Source: Octopus bimaculoides (lineage: Eukaryota). From it: a stretch of 64,000 bases of DNA. Positions 49,431 to 62,545 of this stretch are shown one piece after another. The stretch lies in the NCBI RefSeq assembly GCF_001194135.2, contig NC_068982.1, forward strand, positions 5,092,631 to 5,156,630, in the 5' to 3' direction. Every line of letters begins with the position of its first letter. Positions within the stretch are counted from its first letter, which is position 1. The notes under the pieces were generated by a model, which was given only the letters and a program-made list of their open reading frames with translations, searched no databases and was not told where the DNA came from. A program made the translations under genes and the position numbers.

Positions 49431-50417
49431 ATAGGCCCAATAATAATAATAATAGCACCAATATATATATATATATATATATATATAGGGCTTCACTTCC
49501 TCACATGCCAGCTTAATTTAATTCATCCTTAGTCGAAACGCACCTGTTGTTAATGTCCTGTTATTTGTGTACCATTCCTCTGTTNNNNNNNNNNNNNNNN
49601 NNNNNNNNNNNNNNNNNNNNNNNNNNNNNNNNNNNNNNNNNNNNNNNNNNNNNNNNNNNNNNNNNNNNNNNNNNNNNNNNNNNNNNNNNNNNNNNNNNNN
49701 NNNNNNNNNNNNNNNNNNNNNNNNNNNNNNNNNNNNNNNNNNNNNNNNNNNNNNNNNNNNNNNNNNNNNNNNNNNNNNNNNNNNNNNNNNNNNNNNNNNN
49801 NNNNNNNNNNNNNNNNNNNNNNNNNNNNNNNNNNNNNNNNNNNNNNNNNNNNNNNNNNNNNNNNNNNNNNNNNNNNNNNNNNNNNNNNNNNNNNNNNNNN
49901 NNNNNNNNNNNNNNNNNNNNNNNNNNNNNNNNNNNNNNNNNNNNNNNNNNNNNNNNNNNNNNNNNNNNNNNNNNNNNNNNNNNNNNNNNNNNNNNNNNNN
50001 NNNNNNNNNNNNNNNNNNNNNNNNNNNNNNNNNNNNNNNNNNNNNNNNNNNNNNNNNNNNNNNNNNNNNNNNNNNNNNNNNNNNNNNNNNNNNNNNNNNN
50101 NNNNNNNNNNNNNNNNNNNNNNNNNNNNNNNNNNNNNNNNNNNNNNNNNNNNNNNNNNNNNNNNNNNNNNNNNNNNNNNNNNNNNNNNNNNNNNNNNNNN
50201 NNNNNNNNNNNNNNNNNNNNNNNNNNNNNNNNNNNNNNNNNNNNNNNNNNNNNNNNNNNNNNNNNNNNNNNNNNNNNNNNNNNNNNNNNNNNNNNNNNNN
50301 NNNNNNNNNNNNNNNNNNNNNNNNNNNNNNNNNNNNNNNNNNNNNTAAACATTTTGCCTAACATATTAACAATTCTACCAGCTCACCACCTTACATAATA
50401 ATAATAATAATGACAGC

Positions 50418-50462
<45 letters not shown>

Positions 50463-50464
<2 letters not shown>

Positions 50465-50942
50465 CAGAGCAAAAAATTGGTATGACCACAAACTCGAAGG
50501 CATCATCGAAAATGATAATGCAAAGATCCTGTGGGATTTTATGATTCAATGCAACCATGAGATAGAGAATAGGAAGCCGGACATAGTTTTAATTGAGAGA
50601 AAAAACTATGCTGGATCATAGATATAGCATGCCCAGCTGACAACAAGGTATGCGATAAGGAAGAAAGAAAAGTCGAGAGATATGACAAGTTAGCTTGGGA
50701 GGTTAAGCAGTTGTGGTTGATGAAAAAGGTGGTAGTAGTATCAATAATTGTCGGAGCCCTGGGAACAGTGAGCAAAAGTTTCGAGAAGTACATGGAACAA
50801 ATAGGGGCTGCAATAAGAGTGGAGCACTTGCAGAAAACAGCACTGCTTGGAAACGCTCGAATACTCCAGAAGATGCTCGAAAAATAAGAGGTGTTACCTT
50901 AGTTCACTGGTAATACATCTCCAGCATTAGAAGCTGTGCAAA
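50463..50942 (+). mobile_element. 5'-truncated R4/Dong-clade retrotransposon: restriction-like endonuclease domain plus 3' UTR, inserted in (TAA)n
   Basis: NWYDHKLEGIIENDNAKILWDFMIQCNHEIENRKPDIVLIE-(frameshift)-LCWIIDIACPADNKVCDKEERKVERYDKLAWEVKQLW...GALGTV...LQKTALLGNARILQKMLEK* (stop 50885-50887). PD..D motif present; TAA repeats on both sides. Confidence 0.9.
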
Positions 50943-51649
50943 GATAATAATAATATGGTGAAGAGGAAAGGGAGGGGGAGGATATTCTAAAAAGAATAAA
51001 ATAATTCAAACACAGCTGAGGTGAGATGAGGAGAGAAAAATAACTGGACAGAGAGAGGGAGACCAGAAGACATTTGAAACATATGTGGAAGATAATTTTG
51101 GTTAAGGTTCCTGCAGAGATTGATTTCATTGGAAACACACTAAAGAGAAATGCCTTAGAAAGTAGCAACCCTATAAAAATGCAATAAAACTGTGTTGCTA
51201 AAACTGTTTCCGGTTTCTCCATGAATGCCAATACTGTAAACAATTTTGGTTTTGCGTATCACAGTTGATATTGTAAAAAAGGAAGTAAATATTTTGGAAA
51301 TATGTTTTGCATCTGTCAGTAATGCCAGGCAGAGACAATTGATTGCCCAAAACAAATTGACTGTTAGCTTCAATATTTGATCAATTAAAAACAAATCCTA
51401 TCTTTGCTTTCTCAAATCTACTCTCGATTCTAAATGTTTCATGAATAACAATGATACAGCATCGCAGACACAATTTTCTATTGAGTTTGTTTATTTTCCT
51501 CTTTATGTATTTATTGAATTTTCCCACAGAGATAACCAAAAGCTAGTTACCATTGTCAGTTTCCTCAAAAATGGAATTGCAAGCCAATGCAAGACAACGA
51601 TGTAATAATGACAACAGCTTATCAATAAAGCAATTCTAATAATGTTATT

Positions 51650-52362
51650 TTGACAGCAAACTGGCAGAGAAATTGGAATTGGATAGAATGTCTTGCAGTT
51701 GCTTTGGCACTCTGCACATTGAGTTCAAATTCTGTTCAAGTCAAATCTGCTTTTCTTCCTTCTAGGATCATAAAGTACCAGTGAAGTACTGGCAGAAACG
51801 CTAGCACGCCAGATGAAACGCTTAGCTGTATTTCGTCTGTCTTTACGTTCTGAGTTCAAATTCTACCAAGGTCGACTTTGCCTTTCATCCTTTTGGGGTC
51901 AATAAATTAAGTACCAGTGCAACACTGGGGTTGATGTAATTGACTAGTCCCCTCCCCAGAAATTGCAGGCCTTGTGCCTTTAGTAGAAAGGATTATTAGA
52001 GCATCAATAAAGGCGGCAAGCTGACAGGAATGTTAGCATTCCGGGCGAAATGCCTGGTGGTATTTCGTCTGTCTTTAGGTTCTGGGTTCAAATTCCGCCG
52101 ACGCTGACTTTGACTTTGCCTTTCATCCTTTTGAGGTCAATACATTAAGTACCAGTTGCATACTGGGGTCGATCTAATCAGTTGGCTCTCACCCCAAAAA
52201 TTTCAGGCCTTGTGCCTAGAGTAGAAAAGAGTATCATCTTCTCAGTCGAGGGGGCAGCTGGGTGAAATGCTTAGCAGTATTTCGTCTGTCTTTATGATCT
52301 AATCGACTGGCCCCCACCTCTCCCCAAAAATTTCAGGCCTTGTGCCTAGAATAGAAAAGAAT
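51650..52362 (+). mobile_element. Array of four tandem SINE-M copies or fragments
   Basis: Copies at about 51650-51790, 51790-51995, 52010-52230 and 52250-52362 (the last internally deleted). Confidence 0.85.
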
Positions 52363-52370
52363 ATTTAGGT

Positions 52371-52751
52371 CATTGGTTCCCAACCTTTTCACTCGCATAG
52401 GTCAGACAGTTTGACCAGGGCTGGTAAGCTGGAAGGCTGCACCAGACTCCAGTCTGATTTGCTATGGTCTTCTACAGCTGGATGCCCTTCCTAACACCAA
52501 CCACTCTGAGAGTGTAATGAATGCTTTTACGCACCACTGGCACGGGTGCCATTTGCGTGACACCAGTATCTGCCACAACTGCGATTTCACTCAGCTTGAA
52601 GGGTCTTCTTCTCAAGCACGACATAATGCCGAAGGTCTCGGTCATTGTCTCCATGAGGCCCAGCACTTGAAAGGAACTCAGCCACCACAGAACCCCAATA
52701 CTACATTTGCGGACCACTAGGGGTCTGTGGACCCCAGGTTGGGAACCATTG
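52371..52751. mobile_element. hAT-type MITE interrupted by a minus-strand SINE-R (about 52404-52683)
   Basis: TIRs cattggttcccaacc / ggttgggaaccattg. The 8-bp flanks do not match, so the TSD is not confirmed. Confidence 0.6.
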
Positions 52752-53129
52752 ATCATATCTAAAGGTTTCATGTTTTAATCTAGTCTTAAAATAATTATCG
52801 TATGAAAATATGGAAGACGAATTATTGAAAACTGTTTTTAGACTTTTCTCTGAAACATGTGGAAGTAGATTATCACATTTACAGGGGGAGGGGGAGAAAT
52901 TGCACAAAACAGTCATTTTGCATTCTCTCACCTGCCAGCCAGACAACCAGACAGATTGTGTGTCACCAAAGAGAATGAGAAGCAGAAATTTTTTCTGAGT
53001 CCTGAAGAAATGTTTTTTTTTATTTCTTCTTTTGATGACAGGTGGCAGGATTTGATCTTAGAATGCACTGAGCCAGAACAGATATTACAACATATCTCAT
53101 CTAAAATTTCCACCTATGCCCTACCACCA

Positions 53130-53900
53130 CCACCACAACAACTGACCTGGTATTCTATTTATCAACACTGAAAGGACAAAAGGTAAAGATGACCTCAGTG
53201 GGATTTGAACTCAGAGCACACGGATCCAAAACAAATGCTGCAATACATTCTGTCTGATACTCTAATGACTCTGCCAGTCTGCCATGTAACTGAAACAATC
53301 CAGTTAAGTTATCCCTCGAGGAAACTGAATAAGAAGAATAAAGAAGCAGGACGAAGAATTTGTAGGTGGATGAAGATGTTAATGAACTCATACCCACCTA
53401 CGCACACACATTCACTCTCTCTCTCTCTCTCTCTCACAAGCACACTGACGAATATAAGTGTAAGAAACAAATATTCTTTTCTACCCTAGGCACAAGGCCA
53501 GAAATTTTTGGGGACTATATCGACCCCAGTATGCAACTGGTACTTAATTTATCAACCCCAAAAGGATGAACGACAAAGTCAACCTCGGCGGAATTTGAAC
53601 TCAATGTAGAAACGAACGAAACACTGCTAAGCATTTCACCCGGCATGCTAACGGTTCTGCCAGCTTGCTGCTTTGTAAGAAACAACCTTTTCTACTCCAG
53701 GCACAAGGCCCGAAATTTTGGGGGAGGGGGCCAGTTGATTAGATTGACCCCCAGTACGCAACTGGTACTTAATTTATCGACCCAGAAAGGATGAAAAGCA
53801 AAGTCAACCTCGGTGGAATTTGAACTCAGAACGTAAAGACAGACGAAATACTGCTAAGCATTTCGCCCGGCATGCTAACGTTTCTGCCAGCTCACTGCCT
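53130..53900 (-). mobile_element. Three SINE-M copies (53130-53300, 53475-53672, 53688-53900)
   Basis: Family motif three times; taagaaacaaatatt at 53461-53475 and 53903-53917 brackets the dimer like a TSD. Confidence 0.9.
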
Positions 53901-54062
53901 CATAAGAAACAAATATTAACAGGTTCAATAGAAATATCCTAGCACCAACATATCAATGCAACCCTAAAACTATATTCATAAACCTTAAGATAAAATAATA
54001 CTTATAAAGACTTGATTCACCGAGGGATCTTCCACTTGGTTGCTGGAAGAAGTCTGTCACAT

Positions 54063-54100
<38 letters not shown>

Positions 54101-55019
54101 ACCACAGCTGCTTCACAACCGGTGTTGGTTCATTTACATCCCTGTAACTCAGCAAAAGAGGCCAACAGAATAAGTAACTGGCTTAAAAAGCAAGTCCTGG
54201 GGTCGATTCATTCGACCAAAATTTCTTCAAGGTGGTGCCCCAGCATGGCCACAGTCTAATGAGTGAAACAAATAAAAGATAAAAGACATCCAAATTCCCA
54301 CAATGAGCCGGGATGATGATGTCTTTACTCTAAACTTATACAGCAATACATAATTCAATAGAGAACTGATCTATCGAGTCGTTGTTTACTGTACAGCTCT
54401 TTTATTAATCTTGCCAAGAATAAGCTGACGCTAGGATAATGAAAATGCACTCAACCATATGATATCAGATTGGGAAATGATGCAGGACGAATAACATAAT
54501 ATACTTTAGTGTTAATAAGGAAATATAGGATAATTTCCTACAGGGTGCTCAACAGTTTCGGTTTTCCTTTTGTTTTTGTTTTTTGCTTTTTCTTCAGCTG
54601 CCTTATTATTATATCTATTTTCATTTTAATATACATGAATATAGTCTTGAAATAATTAAGATATTGAGTTAATCACATTATTTTTAATGCAACACCAAAA
54701 CAAAAGCTTGAAATATTTAGATATTTAAAAATACATTTTTATGGTTGATTTAGGTATATTTTTCAGAAAAGTTAGAGATTATCTGAGTTTAAAAATGAAT
54801 TTAATACTTATAAATAGAACTTACAACAGAACTATAGTGAAAGAAATGTTTTAGAGCAGGTCTCTGATTTTGCTTGCTTCTTTGGAATTGTACATGTTAA
54901 CGACACAATTAAAATATGATGTCATCATTCATCATTTTAACATCCACTTTTACATGCCTGCATGGGTTGGATGGAGTTTATTGAAGCAGGTTCCAAGCAA
55001 AGTAATATTTCCCATGGCG

Positions 55020-55220
55020 TAAGGTGGTAAGCTGGCAGACTCGTTAGCATGCTGGGCAAAATGCTTACAGCATTTCTGAGTTCAAATTCCGCCAAAGTTG
55101 ACTTTGCCTTTCATCCATTCAGAGTTGATAAAAATAAATACCAGTTGACCAGTGGCAGTGATGTAATCAACTGACCCTTCCCCCTGAAATTGCTGGCCTT
55201 GTGCCAAAGTTTGAAACCAA
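55020..55220 (+). mobile_element. SINE-M, following a SINE-R fragment at 54925-55015
   Basis: gttgactttgcctttcatcc...gctggccttgtgcc. Confidence 0.8.
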
Positions 55221-56184
55221 TACGATCCCATGGCCAGATACATTTTCACAGAATATTGGAAATGAATGATTAATCATTCATAACAAACATACAATATCAA
55301 GATAAGGACACATACACACACACACACACACACACAAATACACACACATGCATGCACACACACACACACACACACACATATCTAGGTTGGATAAAATGAT
55401 GAAAATACTTGGGGAAATATTGAGAATCAACCAACCATATGAGAATGCAAGTATATTCCAAATTTAATGAACAATACCAACTGGAAATTTGACAACTTTA
55501 TGAAATTCTTGAAAATTTTTGAAAATTCATGAAAATTCTTGAAGCCATTGTTTAAACTTCCTTTAGAGAAGAGAACAGGAAGTGGTGCTTAAGAGAGCAT
55601 TGTAAATAGTTGCCCTCACTAAATAAAAATCAGTCAAGATTGAAGACAAATATGGACTTCAGGAAGAATTTCTTAGTAAAGCTAAAAAAAATAAAAGTCA
55701 ATTATGTTTCTATAATCAATAAGGTGGCAATTAAATTTAATTTGATAATATTATTCAAGCATAATGTCTTTAGTGGAAACTAATTCAGAAGTGTTAGAAA
55801 GATGTCTCTACATATAAAATGGTAAAACAACTACAAAATAGTTGATCAGAATTTCATTCAACAGGTCTACTATCTCTAAAGACAAATGTGTTGTGATTCC
55901 TCAAATTACTCTGCTTGACGTGACAAGGTGCTGAGCTTCTGACCAAAGTATGCGAGTTCAGAAATGATAGTAATCCTTATGCTGTTACACCTAGCAACTT
56001 ACATAAATCTACCCGTTTCAGTCTAACTTCTAATTTATGATCAAGGGGTTAACAGTAAAAAAAGGGTGTCTACATGACAACAAAATGGCTATCTTTGCTA
56101 GAATGAAAAACTGGAAGTAGAACAATAAAAAAATAGTTCTTAATTGAAATGCATTTTAAAATTCTTTAAATAATTGCACAAGGG

Positions 56185-56572
56185 GTGCAGGCATGGCTGT
56201 GTGGTAAGAAGCTTGCTTCCCAACCACATAATTCCAGGTTCAGTCTCACTGCATGGTGCCTTAGGTAAGTGTCTTCTAAAATAGGTTTGGGCCAATCAAA
56301 ACCTTTTGAGTTGATTTGGTAGATGGAAACTGAAGAAGCCCATCATAGATATGTGCATGTCTGTGTCTGAGTCTTTGTGTTTGTGCCCCAGCAGCATTTA
56401 ACAACCGGTCTTCATGTATCTATGTTTCTGTAGCTTAGGGGTTTGGCAAAACAGACCAATAGAATAAATGAATAAGTACTAGGTTTTACAAAAGGATTAT
56501 TAAGTACTGGGGTCAATTCGTTCGACTGAAATTCTTCAAGGCCACAGTCTAATGATTGAAACAAGTAAAAGA
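56185..56572 (+). mobile_element. SINE-C
   Basis: ggctgtgtggtaagaagcttgcttcccaaccaca...taagtgtcttcta...tail. Confidence 0.85.
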
Positions 56573-57178
56573 TCAAGCATAAACGATAATAAATTTGCCG
56601 AACTGTAACCTTTCAGGTACTTAAAAAGAGATACAAATGAAAGAAAATGAAGCACCATATTTAAATCCATGGTGACACATGTACAAGAAGATATTATCAG
56701 AAATTTATTTATGTCTTATATGACAGGAAAGGTTTCTTAAAAAACATGAATACCAAAGGAAGTGTGAAACGTCTGAGTTTCCAAAGAACTTGAAAAGACC
56801 AATGCTTAGCAAAAGGAGTTATTTATTGTTGGAGTATATGGTCAAATTTCAAAATACAAAGCTCTCATGAATCATTCTAGATCTTGCAGTTGGTATATTT
56901 ATTACCTCTTATGAATAACTGTCATACCTAAACTATATTGATTTAGCTATACGTTAACAAGATACAGCTCGAGTAAAATATACAAAGACAATATGAAAAT
57001 GATGATTTACAGCATTTCAAACAGTTTTTCTCATTTTTTTCCTTTCTTTTCTATATTTCTTACTTTGTTTAATTCTCAGAACCAAGTGCAGAATAAAAAG
57101 ATAAATGACCAAATAAATAAATGTCAATAGTAGAACTGCAAGAAGCAATTTGGTAGTCGTCAAATACAGACAGACTTC

Positions 57179-57579
57179 TTAACCGTTTAGCAACCAGATT
57201 GCTCTACCAAATGTAAAACTCATTCATTCCCATTATTTTGAATTAATCAGGCATTATCTTGCAGCTTGAGATTTTGGTGATGCGATTGTCTATTTTAAGA
57301 ATGACCACCCACTACACTCTCGAGGTGGTTGGCGTTAGGAAGGGCATCCAGCTGTAGAAACCATGCCAAAACAGATTGGAGTGGTGTTGTCTCCTGGTCC
57401 ACCAGTCCTCAGTCAAAACGTCCAACCCATGCTAGCATGGAAAGTGGATGTTAAACAACGATGATGACGATGATGATTTCAGGGGGAGGTGTGAGAGGCC
57501 AGATCTCGCTGGTTTGAACATAAAACAGCTCAAATAATACTTTGGCAGGAAATGGCCGATTCAAATGTTAAAAGATTAA
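57179..57579. mobile_element. piggyBac-type MITE with a nested SINE-R (57306-57477)
   Basis: TTAA at both ends. The left end ttaaccgtttagca is the exact reverse complement of the solo end at 10069-10082. The halves join to match 35594-35821. Confidence 0.7.
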
Positions 57580-57799
57580 AGTCTCCTGGCTTGCAAAGTC
57601 ACTGTCTTGAATTAGTTGTCAATAAATATAAGAAAATTCTGCTAAATGTGGTAATATATTCAAGCTTACAAAATTTATTGACAGAAATATAATATTTAGT
57701 GAGAGTAAACTACTTAAAGAAATGTTGAAAAACAAAGCTCAAACAATTTTAAAATAAACTCTAAAAAGAAAGACACGATAGAATAAATGAATGTTAGAT

Positions 57800-58425
57800 G
57801 CAGGAGTGGTTGTGTTGCAAAAGGTTTGCTTCTCAGCCACATGGTTTTTGGTTCAGTCCCACACTGTCTTCTTTTACAGCTTTGGGTCAACCAAAGCCTT
57901 GTGAGTGGATTTCGTAGACAGAAACTGAAAGAAGCACATCATATATATATATATATATATATATACAAATATATATATGTTGTGTGTCCGTGTTTGTCTC
58001 CACACCATCACTTGACAACTGATGCAGGTGTGTTTACGTCCCATAACTTAGCAGTTTGGCAAAAGAGACCGATAGAATAAGTACTAGGCTTGCAAAGAAT
58101 AAGTTCTAAGGTCGATTTGTTCGACTAAAGGCGGTGTTCCTGCATGGCCGCAAACTGAAACAAGTAAAAGAATATATGGATGTATGTATACGTACATATA
58201 CATGTATATATTTATGTGTACATGTGTGTATATATGTGTGCGTGTGTATGTGTATATGCATGTGTATGATTGTGTCTGTGTTTGTCTCCCATCCCTGCTT
58301 GACAACCGATGTTGGTGTATTTACATCCCTATAACTTAGCAGTTTGGCAAAAGAGGTCGATAGAATAAGTACTAGACTTACAAAGAATAAGTCCTGGGGT
58401 CGATTCATTCACCTAAAATTCCTCC
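57800..58425 (+). mobile_element. SINE-C (57800-58170) plus a second SINE-C tail (58260-58425)
   Basis: Head, CORE-like segment, microsatellite and tail; the tail is repeated. Confidence 0.85.
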
Positions 58426-58891
58426 AGGCAGAAGATGGCTTGCAAAATTCAGAAGTGGAGATTTCAGCCTTGAAGATGAAGATCGAACAGGACGTCCAGT
58501 TGAGTTTGATGATAAGCTCCTTGAGGCAATACTTGAAGAAACTCCTGCATTATTAGTTGAAGAATTGGCAATAAAGCTTAGTTCAAACCATACAGCTGTT
58601 CATCGTCATCTTCAACAACTTGGAAAGGTACCATTTTTTTCGTAGTTTACAGAATCATTTGAGGGACATAACTTTCACAAGCCAGGAGGTCGAAACTGAC
58701 ATTTCAGAGTTCTTCGCTTTGAAACCAAAAGAGTTTTACATTGATGGGATTAAAAAGCTTGTAAATAGATGGAAGGAAGTCATAGATAATCAGGGAAAGT
58801 ACATTGATGATTAAATTTCAATTAAATATAACATTTGATCACTTGCTTTCTTCATTCAAAATTCGGACAGAACTTATGGGATGACCAGATA
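58426..58891 (+). mobile_element. Internally deleted mariner transposase remnant with right end
   Basis: RRWLAKFRSGDFSLEDEDRTGRPVEFDDKLLEAILEE...VHRHLQQLGKV (HTH region) joined to HFFRSLQNHL...FYIDGIKKLVNRWKEVIDNQGKYIDD*. Ends cggacagaacttatgggatgaccagaTA. Confidence 0.9.
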
Positions 58892-58911
58892 TTTGGAATT
58901 GTATAACATTC

Positions 58912-59290
58912 TTTTATTTGTTTCGGTCATTTGACTGCAGCCATGCAATTCGAACCCAGGACTTATTCTTTGTAAGCCTAGTACTTATTCTATCAGTCTC
59001 TTTTGCCGAACCACTAAGTTACGGGGACGTAAACAAACTAACATTGTTTGTCAAGCGATGCTGGGGGGAGGACAAACACTGACACACAAACATATACATA
59101 TATATATATACATATACAGATATATATACGACGGGCTTCTTTCAGTTTCCGTCTACCAAATCGACTCAAGGCTTTGGTCGGCCCAAGGCTATAATAGAAG
59201 ACACTTGCCCAAGGTGCCATGCAATGGGACTGAACCCGGAAGAATGTGGTTGGTTAGCAAGCTACTTACCACACAGCCACTCCTGCGCCT
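58912..59290 (-). mobile_element. SINE-C, near full length
   Basis: Tail, microsatellite, CORE-like segment and head in reverse complement. Confidence 0.9.
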
Positions 59291-59954
59291 ATAACATGTT
59301 TATGATTTAATAGAGAATCAAGACTAACAGAACTCCTACAACAAATGAAATGAAATTCTTCCAAATATCAATTTCGTGGTATTTTTGGCTTTTAACATGA
59401 AATTTCCTTCACACTGAAATCAAGTGTATTTACGTGTACCAATAAACAAATAATGAAAAAGAAAACCTAAAAAGACCCTAAAAAACAGTAAGATTTTGTC
59501 AGAAAACCCAAACAGAAGTAAAAATAATGATTAAAGAAAAAAAACGAAAAGCGTTAAAGTTAAAAGTTGTACCACTATTTGCTATTTCTAGGCTCAGATT
59601 TCTCACTTCTTACTCCACAAACACATAAAAAGAACCACCATTTCACAGTTTAATACACTAAGAAACATTTCTGATGAAAAAAAAAAAAGGAAAAAAATGA
59701 CCATTTAGCAAAGGTCACTTAAAGGTGATCTATGCTATTTAACATAGTGCTAGATATTTGCCAGCAATTATTTAAGTATGTATTAAAACAAACGAAAACC
59801 AAAGGTATTGATTTTCTTTTCATCTTAGAATTATCTGTCTTTCAAGCATATAGAATACTAATAGTAATGATAATCTTCATTGAAACAGACATGGCATCAC
59901 TAACTTACCATTCTCCATTTGCACTGATGTGTAGGTGGAAAATAATAAAAGATA

Positions 59955-60335
59955 TAGGTGCAGGAGTGGCTGTGTGGTAAGTAACCTTGCTTCCCAACCA
60001 CATGGTTCTGGGTTCAGTGCTGCTGTATGGCACCCTGGGCAAATTTTTTCTGCTATATCCTCAGGCCTTGAGTGGATTTGGTAGACGAAAACTCAAAGAA
60101 GCCCATTGCATATATGTGTGTGTGTGTGTGTTGGTCTCCGCTACTACTTGGCAATTGGTGTTGGTGTGTTTATGTCTCCATAACTTAGTGGTTTGGCAAA
60201 AGTGACCAATAGAGTAAGTACCAGGCTTAAATGGAAAAATAAGCATTGGGATCAATTCATTTGACTAAAAATTCTTCAAGGCAGTGCCCCAGCATGACCA
60301 CAGTCAAATGACTGAAACAAATAAAAGAATAAAAG
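59955..60335 (+). mobile_element. SINE-C
   Basis: ggtgcaggagtggctgtgtggtaag...ggcaccctgggcaa...tail. Confidence 0.85.
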
Positions 60336-60676
60336 AAGAGAAAAATTTGAGAAACTTTGTTGAACCTGTGAGTAAAAGTGCCTGACATTGCCTTTGTGTT
60401 TCATTTTGGCTTTTTTTCCTGTTCTGTAAAGGAGATGAGATCCATTCCAAAATAGGAAACTAAGGTCAACTGCAATGGCCTCAAAACTCGAAGCTATAAG
60501 GTAGTGAATTAATTAGAGTGAATTAATTAGAGGAGAGAATCCAGTTTGAGGTTACAGTGTGGATCATTTCCGCGGCCCTCAAAAGCGTACATGATTCATA
60601 GCCTGAAAACTCAAATTTTTTCCACAACAAGACAAAAAACATGGTAGAACAGCATTCGATATATTTTCACATGAAA

Positions 60677-60933
60677 TACAGTAGGGGTGGGGGTGCAAAA
60701 GTAGGTATACAGTTATGTAAAAAGGAAACATGTACAATACTCGTTTATTTTTATCGTAAATTAAAAGTTACGAAACAAATATTATTATAGTTATGATAAA
60801 TGTATTATTATGATTAACGACACTGAAAATATCAAAAATAAGGCTAATTTTAATTTTTTTGATAAAAATAAATGGGAATCGTACGTGTTTTTTTTTTGTT
60901 ATAACTGTATACCTACTTTTGCACTGCCCTGTA
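60677..60933. mobile_element. Tc1/mariner-type MITE
   Basis: TA-cag...ctg-TA ends; 24-bp perfect inverted core gtgcaaaagtaggtatacagttat / ataactgtatacctacttttgcac. Confidence 0.8.
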
Positions 60934-61019
60934 TATTTAGGTTTTATCCGTTTTTCTAGCAAATACCACTGACCTAGACGCTACTAGTTTATCTTATTAG
61001 TCTCCTATCTGAAGTTTTA

Positions 61020-61504
61020 TGTTTTAGTACTTATTCTATCGGTCTATTTTGCCAAACCGCTAAGTCATGGGGAAGGAAGTACACTAACATCAGTTGTCAA
61101 GCGATACAAACATACAAAGAAAAAATAGTCGAGACCACGTAGTAGACTTCATTGGTCTTCTCTCATCTTTTGCTTCTTTCAGTCATTAGACTGGGCCATG
61201 CTGGAGCATCGAATTGAAACCTTTTTTTTTAGTTTAGTCATGTAAATCAGACTCAGGAATTACTTTTCTTTTTCTTTTTTGTTGGTTTTTTTTTTTAAAC
61301 CTGCTACTTATTCTATCACTGTCTTTTTGCTGAACCACTAGCTCACAGAGGCATAACCACACCAATACCATGTATCATGTGGTGGTCGGAGACAAGCACA
61401 GACACAGATATTTATATGTGTATACACACATACATAGACATATATACATGTATATATACATCATCATCATAATCATACATATATATACATCTATATATAT
61501 ATAC

Positions 61505-61560
<56 letters not shown>

Positions 61561-61912
61561 CTTTTATTTTTATTTGTTTCAGTCATTTGACTGTGGCCTT
61601 GGTGGAGTTCTTTGTAAGCCTAGTACTTATTCTATCGATGTCTTTTGCTGAACTGCTATGTTGCAGGGACGTAAACACACCAGCATCGCATGTCAAGCGA
61701 TAGTAGGGGGACAAACACAGACAAACAAACAATCACACACACATATACACAACAGGCTTCTTTCAGTTTCCATCTACCAAATCCACTCACAAAGCTTTGG
61801 TTGGCCCGAGGCTATAGTAGGAGACACTTGCCCAAGGTGCCACGCAGTGGGACTGAACCTGGAACCATGTGGTTGGGAAGCAAGTTACTTACCGCTCAGC
61901 CACTCCTGCACC
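61020..61912 (-). mobile_element. SINE-C cluster: tails at 61020-61110 and 61170-61400, fuller copy at 61560-61912
   Basis: Repeated tagtacttattctatc...ttttgc.gaac.gctaag block; head at 61850-61912. Confidence 0.8.
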
Positions 61913-61974
61913 TATATATATATATGCCAGCATGGAAAACAGACGTTAAACGATGATGATGACACACACGTATA

Positions 61975-61988
61975 TACATATATATACA

Positions 61989-62060
<72 letters not shown>

Positions 62061-62433
62061 CACACACATACATAGGTATACATACATACATATACACACA
62101 TATGTATACATACATACATATATATACACACATACATATACATATATATAAACACGCATACATATATATACACATATATATATATACACATACATATATA
62201 TACACATACATATATATACACATACATATATATACACATACATATATATACACATACATATATATACACATACATATATATACTCATATATATATATATA
62301 CACATACATATATATACACATATATATATANNNNNNNNNNNNNNNNNNNNNNNNATATATATACACATACATATATATACACATACATATATATACACAT
62401 ATATATATATATATACACATACATATGTATACG

Positions 62434-62479
<46 letters not shown>

Positions 62480-62545
62480 CATATGTATACATATATATAT
62501 ATACACATACATATATATACATATATATATATATAATTATATACA
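61975..62545. repeat. Compound (TA)n/(TACA)n microsatellite
   Basis: Seen directly; includes a small gap. Confidence 0.95.
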
